DNA of 64,000 nt. It comes from Takakia lepidozioides (lineage: Eukaryota; Plantae; Bryophyta). The stretch spans positions 68,448,001 through 68,512,000 of the forward strand of contig CM060733.1 of assembly GCA_030704615.1 (NCBI GenBank), in the 5' to 3' direction. The notes beneath the pieces were generated by a model. The model saw only the letters and a list, made by a program, of their open reading frames with translations, did not search any database and had not been told where the DNA came from. The position numbers and the translations under genes are program-made. Below are positions 13,587 to 24,119 of this stretch, in pieces. Position 1 is the first letter of the stretch; each line of letters begins with the position of its first letter.

Positions 13587-15420
13587 GGAAATGAGGTTCC
13601 AGATTTCCGTCCGGAGTGATACTTTCGATTGCTACTAGACGGAAATACGGCGCCGCATTTCCGTTTTGTATCTTGGTCATGCACCAGAGCGACGGAAATG
13701 CGGCACCGAGTTTCCGTCCGGGGGAAACCTTTATACTCTCCAAAACAGAAATGCGGTAACGCATTTCCATCCAGCAAGCACGGTATGTGAAGGTGGAACG
13801 GAAATGCGGTACCGCATTTCCGTTCTGATTGAGAATTATGAACAACGAGAACAGGAATGCGGCACCGCATTTCCATCCGAGTCGCACCTTCCGACATACT
13901 AGAACAGAAATACGGCCCCGCATCTCCGTTTTGTATTTGACGCATGGAGCTGAGGGATAGAAATGTTGCACCGCTTTTCCGTCCTCACAAGACCTTCATA
14001 CTCTCAAGAACGGAAATGCGGTACCGAATTTCCGTTCTGACTGAAAATCCTGAACCATCGGAACTGAAATGTGGCACCGCATTTCCGTCCGAGTCGCACA
14101 TTCCGACATTCCAGAACGGAAATGCGGCGCCGCATTTCTGTTTTGTATCTGAGGCATGGAGCCGAGTGACGGAAAAGCTACAGCGCAATTCCGACCGCTT
14201 GAGACATTCATACTATCCAGAACGGAAATGCGGTACCGCATTTCCGTTCTGACTGAAAATCATGAACCATCGGAACTGAAATGCGGCAGCGCATTTCCAT
14301 CCGAGTCGCACCTCCCGACATTCCAGAACGGAAATGCCGCACCGCATTTCCGCCCGGATGAGACCTTCATACTCTCCAGAACGAAAATGCGGCACCGCAT
14401 TTCCGTTCTGACGAAAAATTGTGAAACATCGGAACTGAAATGCGGTACCGCATTTCCGTCGGAGTCTCACCTTCCGACATTCTAGAACGGAAATGCGGCG
14501 CCGCATTTCCGTTTTGTATCTGAGGCATGGAGCCGAGTGACGGAAAAGCTACAGCGCAATTCCGACCGCTTGAGACATTCATACTATCCAGAACGGAAAT
14601 GCGGTACCGCATTTCCGTTCTGACTGAAAATCGTGAACCATCGGAACTGAAATGCGGCAACGCATTTCCATCCGAGTCGTACCTCCCGACATTCCAGAAC
14701 GGAAATGCGGCACCGCATTTCCGTTCTGACGAAAAATCGTGAAACATCGGAACTGAAATGCTGTACCGCATTTCCGTTCTGATTGAGAATTATGAACAAC
14801 GGGAACAGAAATGCGGCACCGCATTTCCGTCCGAGTCGCACCTTCCGACATTCTATAACGGAAATGCGGCGCCGCATTTTCGTTTTTAATATGAGGCCTG
14901 GAGCTGTGGGACGGAAATGCGGTGCCGCATTTCCATCCATGTGATACCTTCAAACTTTCCAGATCGGAAATGCGGCACCGCATTTCCGTTCAGGTGAGAC
15001 TTTTATACTTTCCCGAACGGAAATGTGGCACGACATTTCCGTTCATGAACTAAGGTATGTGAATGGGGAACGGAAATGCGATACCACATTTCCGTTCAGA
15101 TTGAAAATCATGAACCACGGGAACTGAAATGCTGTGCCACATTTCTGTCCAAATCGCACCTTTCGACATTCCAGAACGGAAATGCGGCGCCGCATTTCCC
15201 TTTTGTATCTCATACATGGAGCTGTGGGACGGAAATGCGGCACCTTATTTCCGTTCAACAACTAAGGTATGTGAAGGTGGAACGGAAATGCGGTGCCGCA
15301 TTTTCTTCCAACAAGTACGGATGTGTAGCTTCGTGATGGTACTTAACGGAAATGCGGCGCCGCATTCGCATTTTCACTCCAACTCATCAGACGCTGGGAC
15401 GGAAATGCCTTGAAATGTGA
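13587..15420. repeat. Phased array of the palindrome GGAAATGCGG-NN-CCGCATTTCC, about 35 copies, 32 at exact 53-bp period
   Basis: Motif starts run 13641, 13694, 13747, 13800 … 15231, 15284 (31 intervals of 53 bp). A higher-order 371-bp (7x53) duplication is seen at 14156 and 14527. Confidence 0.95.
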
Positions 15421-15718
15421 ACACGTGGAGCAACGGAATTGCGGCACATGTCTGCACTCTATCTGACTGAAGTGGCCTGAGGCGGCGCGGCCTGACCGTT
15501 GGATAATGATGTTTGTTTTTCGGACGGCAGGCGTACCCTGAACGATTCGAATTTCGTAATGACGCAAAGTCCACGAGGAGACACTTTCGTCCAACCCTTT
15601 CGAACCCAAGTGGTGCATCACCGTCGTTTCATCTTCTTTTGTCGTGTCTCCTCAGTCACCCCTCTCGCGCCCTTTCCATCTGCACTCTTCGCCCCTTTTC
15701 CCTGTCTCTGTTCTTCTT

Positions 15719-17150
15719 ATGCTCGAACCTGGGAGGGAGGGAGTGCGTGCACCAGAGAAGAGACATCGTCGGAAGCTCCGAAAATTGTATTTCGGACGTA
15801 GGCCAATGCCGAAGGGGAGGAAGCAGATGCGTCTACAGGAGGAGATTGTCATCTCGCAGCATCAGGCCACGCAGGCAACCCAACCACCAGTGAGAGCTCC
15901 ATGCTATCGGGATTCGCCAGCTGATCGAGCACCGAAACCCGCCTCATTTTTCTTCTGCAATTCTTAGACTGTATGCTAGGAGACTTGACTGCAGAAGATG
16001 TTTGCATGCCTAACCGGAAAGGTGGACGTGCTGGAGTTTGTGAAGGAGAACTCCACCTTTGCTTTCCGGAAGGAAGGATTGTTGGTTGACCTGAACTGCG
16101 ACCCCATCAATTACGACGTCCTATTCAACAACATTCCCACGGAACTTCTCCCTCATAGCCTCACTTCAACTGAACCCCTGCGATATTCACGCACTCAGAG
16201 CCCCGCCTTCATTCAGACAATTATGGAGACATGCACTGACGTGGAGGGCACAGTGCTCGACCTCATCTGTGGGACAGGTATGCAGAATCTTGTTGTATGC
16301 TATTCTGCAAACTCTCGTTATGCTTTCATTCGCAACATCTGAAGGGCCATGTCATAATGTGTGGATGGCATTGTAACAGGTGCCTCAATGTGGGCTGGGC
16401 GGTTTTCCGACCGGCACCTCTTTGCCTACGAGGAGGACACATCCGTCTAGGGATCCCATCTGGAAGGGCTGCAACGGAATGTGAAGGCTCCCATCGAAGC
16501 CAAGGACTCCTCGGATTCGTCGTAGTCGGAGGAAGAGACAGTGGACATTGATGCCGAGGAGAACCCGCAATACGAGTGAGTGCAAACATTGTAAGTTTGC
16601 AAAGCCTTCTGGGTGATTTTTGGTCAAACGCATTTCCGGACTGTGGTTCTCATTGGTCTCCTTGGTGATTGTTATTTGCAGGATTCCAGGATCCGGGTCG
16701 AAACATATAGGGCCTACACTTCCTGCCAGGAAGAATGTCCCCTTCTTTGCGAGGGCCGACTTCATGACGAGCCCGGTGAAGGACTACTCTCCTTCCTAGT
16801 TATGCAGCTAAACTCGCAAATACAGCGAATAGACGATGTGAGAATCCCAGTAAAGTAGAGCAGATTTTGGAGAGGGCTAGGGAGGACAGAAGGATTAGGA
16901 AGAGTTGGCAACAGCTGAGAAGGTAGACGGGTGCGAAAGTTCATATGTGATTCAGCGGATGAGAGCGATGCAGACAGGGAGGACGACGAGCCAACGGAGG
17001 TGAGATGGTCGGTTCCGCAAGGTGAAGATGGGATTTTTTCGAAAGCCTGGCCAACGAGCAGTCCGCTAGAGATGAGAAAGGCAACGACGGGGTGGAGGCA
17101 GAGCAGGACAGTCAAGGACAGGACGACGATAGTGATGATTTTCAAGATTA
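15719..17150 (+). pseudogene. MULE-1 cargo gene: basic N-terminal exon, C-terminal half of an N4C/N6A DNA methyltransferase-like domain, acidic tail
   Basis: QSPAFIQTIMETCTDVEGTVLDLICGTG joins across a phase-1 GT-AG intron (16278-16379) to ASMWAGRFSDRHLFAYEED, matching the motif X-I-II region of amino-MTases. In-frame stops follow. The first exon is homologous to 29795-29970. Confidence 0.65.
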
Positions 17151-17287
17151 ATAGAATTTTAATGAACTCTCTGTACATTTAAATTCTATTCCAAAGTATA
17201 TAAAGGAAATTCTCCCCGTCCTTCATGTCCCCTCTCCCATTTGCCACTCAACGACAACATCGTCCAAACCTGGTCGCTCCCAAAATC

Positions 17288-18335
17288 TGAAATGCGGCAC
17301 CGCATTTCAATGTCTGAACGGAAATGTGGGAACTGCAAAAACCTCATTTGGAAATGCGGCACCGCATTTCCAAAATTGGGGCAGAAACAATTTTCTGTTT
17401 CATGGTTTGGACATCAGAAACTGTTCGGGCAAACGGAAATGCGGCACCGCATTTCCGTTTTCGACACGACAGTTTTGCTGATTGCCAGCTCCTTCCATGG
17501 ATGTAAATCGAAATGCGGAGGTCGAACATGGAAATGCGGTGCCGCATTTACCTTTTGGAGATGGACATTTTTCCAACTGCAGACCCATCGACGTTCTTGG
17601 GCTCCCAATTCCATGATGCTAGATGGGAATGCGGCACCGCATTCCATTGTCCAATAAGAAATTTCGATGACGTACATGGAAATGCGGCGCCGCATTTCCA
17701 AAACGGACATCGTTGTTTGCCCAATTCCAGACCCTTTGACGGAAATGTGGCACCGCATTCCATCGTCCTATAAAAACTTACATTGTCCTATAAAAACTTT
17801 CAATTGCCCAACATGGGAAATGCGGCGCCGCATTTCCAAAACAGACAACGTTGTTTGTCCAATTCCAGACCCGTGTGGGCATTCCGTCTTCATGGACGGA
17901 AATGCGGCACCGCATTCCATTGTCCGATTCGATATTTTGATGACAGATATGGAAATGCGGTGCCGCATTTCCAGAACTTCCATCGTTGTTTGTCCAATTC
18001 CAGACCCTTCGACGGAAATGCGGCACCGCATTCCACTATGCTCTCCGGAAATGCTGTGCCGCATTTCATTGTCCGGTATGAAATTTCGATGACGGACATG
18101 GAAATGCGGTGGCGCATTTCAAGTATGGACATGGACAAGCATTAGTGACTGGACATGCATGGACAGTTCAAGGTCGAATATGGAAATGCGGCGCCGCATT
18201 TCAAATTTGAAGTATGGTAATGCCATGTCAGGAAATGAAATGTTGTACAACATTTCCGTTATGACGACAACGGAGGAAAGGGAGCTGCCAGAAATCACTG
18301 CATGGAGAAAATGAAATGCGGTGCCGAATTTCCGA
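17288..18335. repeat. Second array of the GGAAATGCGG-NN-CCGCATTTCC palindrome (about 18 copies, some half-sites)
   Basis: Starts at about 17288, 17320, 17350, 17435, 17509, 17530, 17625, 17678, 17741, 17816, 17898, 17951, 18014, 18047, 18100, 18182, 18236 and 18312. Confidence 0.9.
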
Positions 18336-18609
18336 GCTTTGAAGTGTACATGTTTCCTACAACTTATAGATGGATTTTCTTCACCTCGGGACTCTGATAT
18401 CGCTGACTCTGGTATAGTCATATGGACAGACACATTGTACAAATGAGACCTCAAATTGTAAACAGTGGGCCAATTACGGCAGTTCTTGAACACGATGAAA
18501 CACAAGCACACAGAAGTGAGGTACGATGGGTTGTTTTATTGATCGAACACGGTCTCTCACATTTAGCAACTCCAGACAAATCTAAGTCCTTCCTCCTTCT
18601 ACATGGGCG

Positions 18610-19188
18610 TCACCAAGTCGACGGAACTTCGATAGCCCTCAAAACAAGCTCATTACTGATGCGGCACCTCGAGGTAAACTGCAATGCGGTCGATCTGGTG
18701 CCCTTGGTGGAGCTGACGACAATGTCATGCCCATCAATCATACCACCATCATACATTGACAAGGTCACTGTGGGCCTCCTGTGCCCGTGCGATTCGTCTT
18801 CGCAACTCAGCCGAATGTCTCCATACACTGGAAAAGCGGACTGAACTCCACGAATATAGTTTTCCCCGGTGCCGTCCTCCCTGGTCCACTGGCAGCAGTT
18901 CCAGCGCCAAAGTGAGGCCGTGCGTGATCTGTCCGGCATCCCATTCCACCTTGGTATATCGAGGTCAACAATTTTCAGGACCCAAGGACCGCATTGACCC
19001 TTGCCCTCACCTCGCTCAAAGCGGTAATAGCCCTCCAGATACTCCATTGCGCGCAAAGACTCCCGCTTGATTCCAGAAGCGTCTGTGAAAACAGAAAGCC
19101 AGACAATGATGTCTCCTGATTCTGGTTTGAACATAGCATAATCGTGGCCATGATAAGGGCAGTCAGCAGGATTTCGGCGGCATGGCAT
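18610..19188 (-). CDS. Unknown protein of about 192 aa (MULE-1 cargo, paralogue 1)
   Basis: Uninterrupted ORF from ATG 19188 (MPCRRNPADCPY). Aligns end to end with 19745-20305. Confidence 0.75.
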   Translation of the reverse strand: MPCRRNPADCPYHGHDYAMFKPESGDIIVWLSVFTDASGIKRESLRAMEYLEGYYRFERGEGKGQCGPWVLKIVDLDIPRWNGMPDRSRTASLWRWNCCQWTREDGTGENYIRGVQSAFPVYGDIRLSCEDESHGHRRPTVTLSMYDGGMIDGHDIVVSSTKGTRSTALQFTSRCRISNELVLRAIEVPSTW

Positions 19189-19744
19189 CCCTGAAAAAGA
19201 GTAGCGGAGTACGCTCAATGACAGCAGCTCCCGGATGGAGGAGGCAGCAACGCGGTGGCTGGAAGAAATTCAAGCAAACGCTGCAATTCCTCACAAACAC
19301 TCCAGGGCACATTTAAATTTCCCCCCGACAGGAACCTGCACGGATGAAGATTGGCTGCTCCATGAATGTAGCCATTTCAGTTTCCTTCCCTGCCATGCAA
19401 ACTATGGGCAGTAAGTGCCAGGTGGGCCTATAGCCACTCGAGACGACAAAGTCCATCCCCCCTTCGATGTAAATGCGGCGCCGAATTTCCATCCGGGGGA
19501 TGGACTTCGGTGGCAGATTTCAAACTATACCCCGTGGATGAGAAAGAGGTATCAGTTCATCCACCGCTGGCGTGATGAACACGTTACACGATGATTGGTG
19601 GGTACTTATGACCCAGATGCTCCATTATTGGAGCCCGCACTGCTCTTCCGCTTCTCATCATTTCGCAAATCTAAGGGCTTCGTTGCTGTCCGCAAGGTCA
19701 TTGTCATCGGCATCAAAGACGTCCTCAGGTCCTCCTTTGCAAGG

Positions 19745-20305
19745 ATGTCGTGCTTCCGGAACCGGGACAACTGCCCTTATGGAGGCATCGATTATGCAAT
19801 GTATTCGGCCACATCGGGAGACATCGTTATCTGGTACACAGATTACACAGAAGATACTGGTTCGAATGTGGAAACATTGTCCGCTTTTGAGTATCTCCCA
19901 GGCCAGTACGCCTTCGAGCGGGGTGACGATCTTGGTCTGAGGAGTCCGTGGCTCCTGCGCATCCTTGATTCCGATTTTCCCAGCTACGACGGGCACCCAT
20001 GCAGAAGAATGCGCACTCCTATGCTGTTGCGGTGGAACTGCTGCCAGTGGACGTGGGTGGACTCCATCGGAGAGACTTATACTCCTGAAGGAGTGCGCTC
20101 ATCTTCTCCATTGTATGGGGACATTCGCATTGGTGTGGACGACGAAAACGTGAAGCTTTCCATATTCGATGGTGGTATGATTGAAGGGCAGGACATTGTG
20201 GTGAACATCAACAGGGGCGGTACAAGCTGCAATCCAGTTACCTGGAGGAGCCCGATGACTCATGAGCTAGTTCTCAGAGCAGTCGAAGTCCCATTGACAA
20301 CGTGA
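19745..20305 (+). CDS. Unknown protein of about 186 aa (MULE-1 cargo, paralogue 2)
   Basis: Uninterrupted ORF from ATG 19745 (MSCFRNRDNCPY). Shares DYAM, SGDI, EYLxGxYxFERG, RWNCCQWT, YGDIR, DGGMI and ELVLRAxEVP with paralogue 1. Confidence 0.75.
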   Translation: MSCFRNRDNCPYGGIDYAMYSATSGDIVIWYTDYTEDTGSNVETLSAFEYLPGQYAFERGDDLGLRSPWLLRILDSDFPSYDGHPCRRMRTPMLLRWNCCQWTWVDSIGETYTPEGVRSSSPLYGDIRIGVDDENVKLSIFDGGMIEGQDIVVNINRGGTSCNPVTWRSPMTHELVLRAVEVPLTT

Positions 20306-20761
20306 CTTGTATTCTGAAGGCACAGGGCTAAAGATTTGTTTGCACAATCAGCACAGTAGACATGCTTCAAATGCAATTCATGTGGATCAATAAAAACCCC
20401 ATTGTGCCCCTTTTTTGTTCTATTCTGTATCCATCGTTCCCAAAATGCGTCATTCCTCATTTCGTTTGGGATTGGGAGTGTGGGTGGATTTTGCAAGTGG
20501 CTGGTAGGCTGAAATGGGCCCCCATTGTACAGAGCAGTACCACCCTACCATTCGCGAAACATTGCCTTTCAATATGTAATTCTAAAAAACATTGCCGAAC
20601 CTCCTTCATCGGGAGGTCCTTCTCCCCCTATGACCGTGACACCCTAAACCCTATTCCTGCGGACACTCATTTCCGGAAAATAGTCCTGCTCATGTTTTTT
20701 TCGACACTTACGACTCTGCTCATGGCTCATGCCGCTCATGGCTCATGAAATAGCAGCCCCC

Positions 20762-22450
20762 CTGTGATGCCTCAGAAGAAGCATTGGGAGCTGTGTAAGC
20801 CCAAAATATGACCACAGGAAACATAGATTCACCTGTGTACTATGCTAGCAGATTGTTGAACAGTGCGGAGTGGAACTATAGCACCACTGAAAAGAGAAGC
20901 TTTGGCAATTATTTATGCAGTTAAGAAATTCAGGCATTACCTATGGGGAAGGAAGTTTATGTTTTATGTGGATCATCAAGCTTTGATTTATTTGGTGAAC
21001 AAGCCTTTGATAAGTGGCAGGATAGCAAGATGGATGATAATCTTGCACGAGTTTGAATTCGAAGTTGTTTACAAGCCTGGCCATTTGCATCTTGTGGCAG
21101 ATCACTTGTCACGACTATCAACAAGAGAGGCCGTCATGGGAATAGACGACCAACTGCCTGATGCGAGTTTATTTGCAGTGGAGGTGCAGGGAAGTGCAGA
21201 TGATTGGTTAGATTGGCAATAGCCAATCAGATACTACCTTACTCATGGTTAGTGCCCACCCAGTTATGGGAGGGAATAGAGGAAGAAAATACCTATCAAG
21301 GCTTTACCCTACACTATGATAGGTGGCAGATTCTATAAGCTAGGACCTGATGGAGTTCTTAAACGATGCTTGTACCACCATGAAGTAAATAAAGTTTTGG
21401 AAGAAGCTCATAAAGGAGTGGCTGGAGGACATTTTGGAGAAGAGACTACCAGTAGAAAGATACTACTTGCAGGTTACTGGTGGCCTACATTGTTCAAGGA
21501 TGTACACAAGTATTGCAAGAGTTGTGATGAGTGTCAGAGGCTAGGACCTTTGCAAAGATCTGGGAAGATGACTTTGCATCCTACGATGCCTACTGAACCA
21601 TTTCAGAAATGGGGATTAGACTTTGTTGGACCAATTAATCCACCAGCCAGGAATACACAGAACAAGTATATAATCACAGCCATTGATTATACTACAAAGT
21701 GGGTGGAAGCTAAGGCTCTGAGGGACAACACAGCTAAGTCCACAACAAGGTTCATGTATGAGAACATACTCACAAGATTTGGCTATCCCCTGGAATTTAT
21801 CAGTGACCAAGGAAGTCACTTCATTAATGAGACCATCGAACTATTGACTAAAGAGTTCATGATTGTGCACAGGAAGAGTACAACCTATTACCCACAGGGC
21901 AATGGGCAGGCAGAGGCCGCCAACAAAATACTATGCACTATCTTGGCTAAGATAGTCAATGCAAATAGAACGGATTGGGATACAAAGCTATTGACAACTT
22001 TGTGGTCATACATGACTTCATATAAAGTCACCACTAAGTATACACCATTCCAATTAGTTTATGGTATGTAAGCTTTACTTCCAGTGGAATTCTTATTACC
22101 TACCATGAGAACTGAATGGGGAAGGAGAATGGAATTGGAGGATTCAATTAAAGTCAAGAAACATGAATTAGATCATGTGGAAGAAGTACGTGCTGATGCA
22201 GCAGATAACATGACTAGAATTCAGATGAAGAGGTAAAATCAGTTTGATGAAGGAAAATTGAAGACTTTTAAGACGGGAGATTTGGTATTGTGGTTATAGA
22301 AGAAGGGAAAGATTAAAGCTTCTAAGCTTAAGTCACCATGGAAATGACCTTATGTCATACAAAAGATGTATGATAACAACACAGCTATGTTACAAACCAT
22401 TAACAAAGAGATGCTTGGTAGAGTCAATGCCAATAAGTTGAAGGGATACA
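20762..22450 (+). pseudogene. pol: pol of element B, part 2 (RNase H and integrase)
   Basis: REALAIIYAVKKFRHYL…DHQAL…ADHLSR; H-x6-H…CDEC; WGLDFVGP; ISDQGSHF; PQGNGQAE. Confidence 0.95.
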
Positions 22451-22589
22451 GTGGTATCCATGATAAACCATTGCAGCATGATTTGCATCTTGAAACACAG
22501 ATGCGGACACAGATCACACCGGTAACACCAACGGAGCATGAAGCACTTGTCGTAAAGCCGAATGTGTATGGCCTTAGCAGAAAACACGG

Positions 22590-22690
22590 GTGACCGCACA
22601 GCCATCACAGCTTTACACAGCCTATCACAGCTCACCACAGTTTGACACAACCTGTCACAGCCCAACAGAGCCCACACAGGTTGCACAGTC
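22590..22690 (+). repeat. Short 10-bp CACAGC-type minisatellite downstream of the integrase
   Basis: cacagccat/cacagcttt/cacagccta… units, same type as 3158-3340. Confidence 0.7.
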
Positions 22691-23459
22691 CATAGGGTGA
22701 GTGTCAGGTGGACGCGGGTTAACGTCAGAAAAGTGGCCGGTAAGTGTAAAGACAGTTTGGAAGTCAAACTCGGAGAATATGCCACGCGGACAGAGGGAGA
22801 CAGAAGAGTGTTTGAATTCAAACACGTGGCCTAAGGGGCAAAGCACTCCGCGTTGCATGTACTACAATAGCGGGTGTCATCACGTAAAAAGACAAATTGG
22901 GCCGTCGAAGTACCTACCCGGTACAGCAGCCGAAACTAATTACGGGGTCATTAATGCATCCAGGAAGCAGGTAATCGAACCCTTTACGCGTACAGCAAAG
23001 GGGGACCTTTGCCACATGTGCTGTCCCAGTGGGCATTCCAAGTGGGAATGTGAACAGATGGGGGTAAAATTTAGAAGTTATCCGATGAGGCAACAGCCAA
23101 TCAGGAACGTGAATTTCATACAAATGGTTCCCTCCAAGAAACAAGAACAAGAAATTAAAAAAATTATGAGCGGAAGAGTAGGGGTTGCTCCGAATAACCA
23201 GCGTCTCGACGGGAGGGGCAATCAAAGCTATAGCTTTGTAACTATGGCGGATATCACAGACTATACACTAGCATTACTTCTGACGCAGTGGCGCAAAGAC
23301 GGACGGGGTGAAAGTACATTCTCTCTCACTCACTATTTGCAAGCCCCACAGGCTTACACTCACTTACCCGTTCCATTCTGTGCCAACCATACTTTCATGC
23401 TTTACGCCCTGCAAGCTTTCCTATAGCTATTCCACACAAGGCCTTCTTGTTTGTCGGGG

Positions 23460-23891
23460 ATGAAGAGAATTAGGGGAATGGAGGATCTCAGGGTGAAGAG
23501 CACCACAATTCTACAGAAGCAGACAATTGCTACACCACAGGCAGTGCAGCTATTGAAGGAGTTGCGATTGGAAGGGCTGCTACGCAAAGAATGGTCCTTG
23601 CATCATCGGGGGTTCATGATTCAATTCATTCAGAACTTTGAATCTCCAACAGGAGTTACACAGGTGAGGGGAGTAGATATAGAGATTACTCCGCAGTACT
23701 TGCAGCAATTGTTTGAATTGCCATCTGGCCATGTGAATGTGGATGAGCATAGGGCAAGATTGCAGATAGGGGATTTGTTCCAAGAAACGAGTTTCTTTAA
23801 AACCCAGGGATACACCTGCACCAAGGCCGAGTACCCAGGGTTAAGGGAAGTTGGTCAAATACTGAACGTTCTGTTTGCCATGAAACAGAAC
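23460..23891 (+). pseudogene. Extra 3' ORF of element B (plant retrotransposon accessory-ORF-like), truncated by MULE-2
   Basis: FMIQFIQNF…VRGVDIEITPQYLQQLFELP resembles the EFxxN…VRGxxI…FxLP signature of plant LTR accessory ORFs. The frame runs into the MULE-2 TIR at 23892. Confidence 0.6.
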
Positions 23892-24119
23892 GAGGTTAGC
23901 TATTTCATGAGCATGAGCGGCATGAGCGGAGTAGCAAGACAATCGGTTTTCATGAGCAGAAGTACAAATTTCGAAAATAAAAAACATTATAAAACATTAA
24001 TTTAATGGAATGTGTCAGAAAAAACAAATATATTATTCGGCACCTTGAAGGGGAAATTGTAGTTTTGAGAGTTGTGCTCATGATATTTCGTCTTCCGCTC
24101 ATGCCAATTCCCAGCGACA

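Larger units (their letters stand above)
8754..20761 (-). mobile_element. MULE-1: complete 12.0-kb Mutator-like DNA transposon with cargo genes
   Basis: Imperfect 21-bp TIRs: GAGGTTTACTATTTCATGAGC at left and GGGGGCTGCTATTTCATGAGC (reverse complement) at right. 8-bp TSD CTGTGATG at 8746-8753 and 20762-20769. Subterminal CATGAGC repeats at both ends. Internal MULE transposase. Confidence 0.92.
5940..23891 (+). mobile_element. Degenerate Ty3/Gypsy retrotransposon (element B), split by MULE-1 and cut by MULE-2; LTRs not seen
   Basis: Gag, protease C-terminus, RT, RNase H and integrase occur in Gypsy order. The RNase H motif HVHCD|ASEEALGAV rejoins across the MULE-1 insertion. Confidence 0.9.

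Noticed and set aside
13587-15420. Bona fide CRISPR array
   Set aside because: Eukaryotic context, no cas genes, degenerate repeats, and spacers that recur as a few related types instead of being unique.
13492-18145. ORFs with repeated EMRRRIS / GNAAPHF / KCGAAF peptides (also at 28162-29805)
   Set aside because: They are frame translations of the DNA palindrome, present on both strands.
22701-23426. 241-aa ORF downstream of the integrase
   Set aside because: Non-ATG start, no motif, and located in the retroelement spacer; likely spurious.
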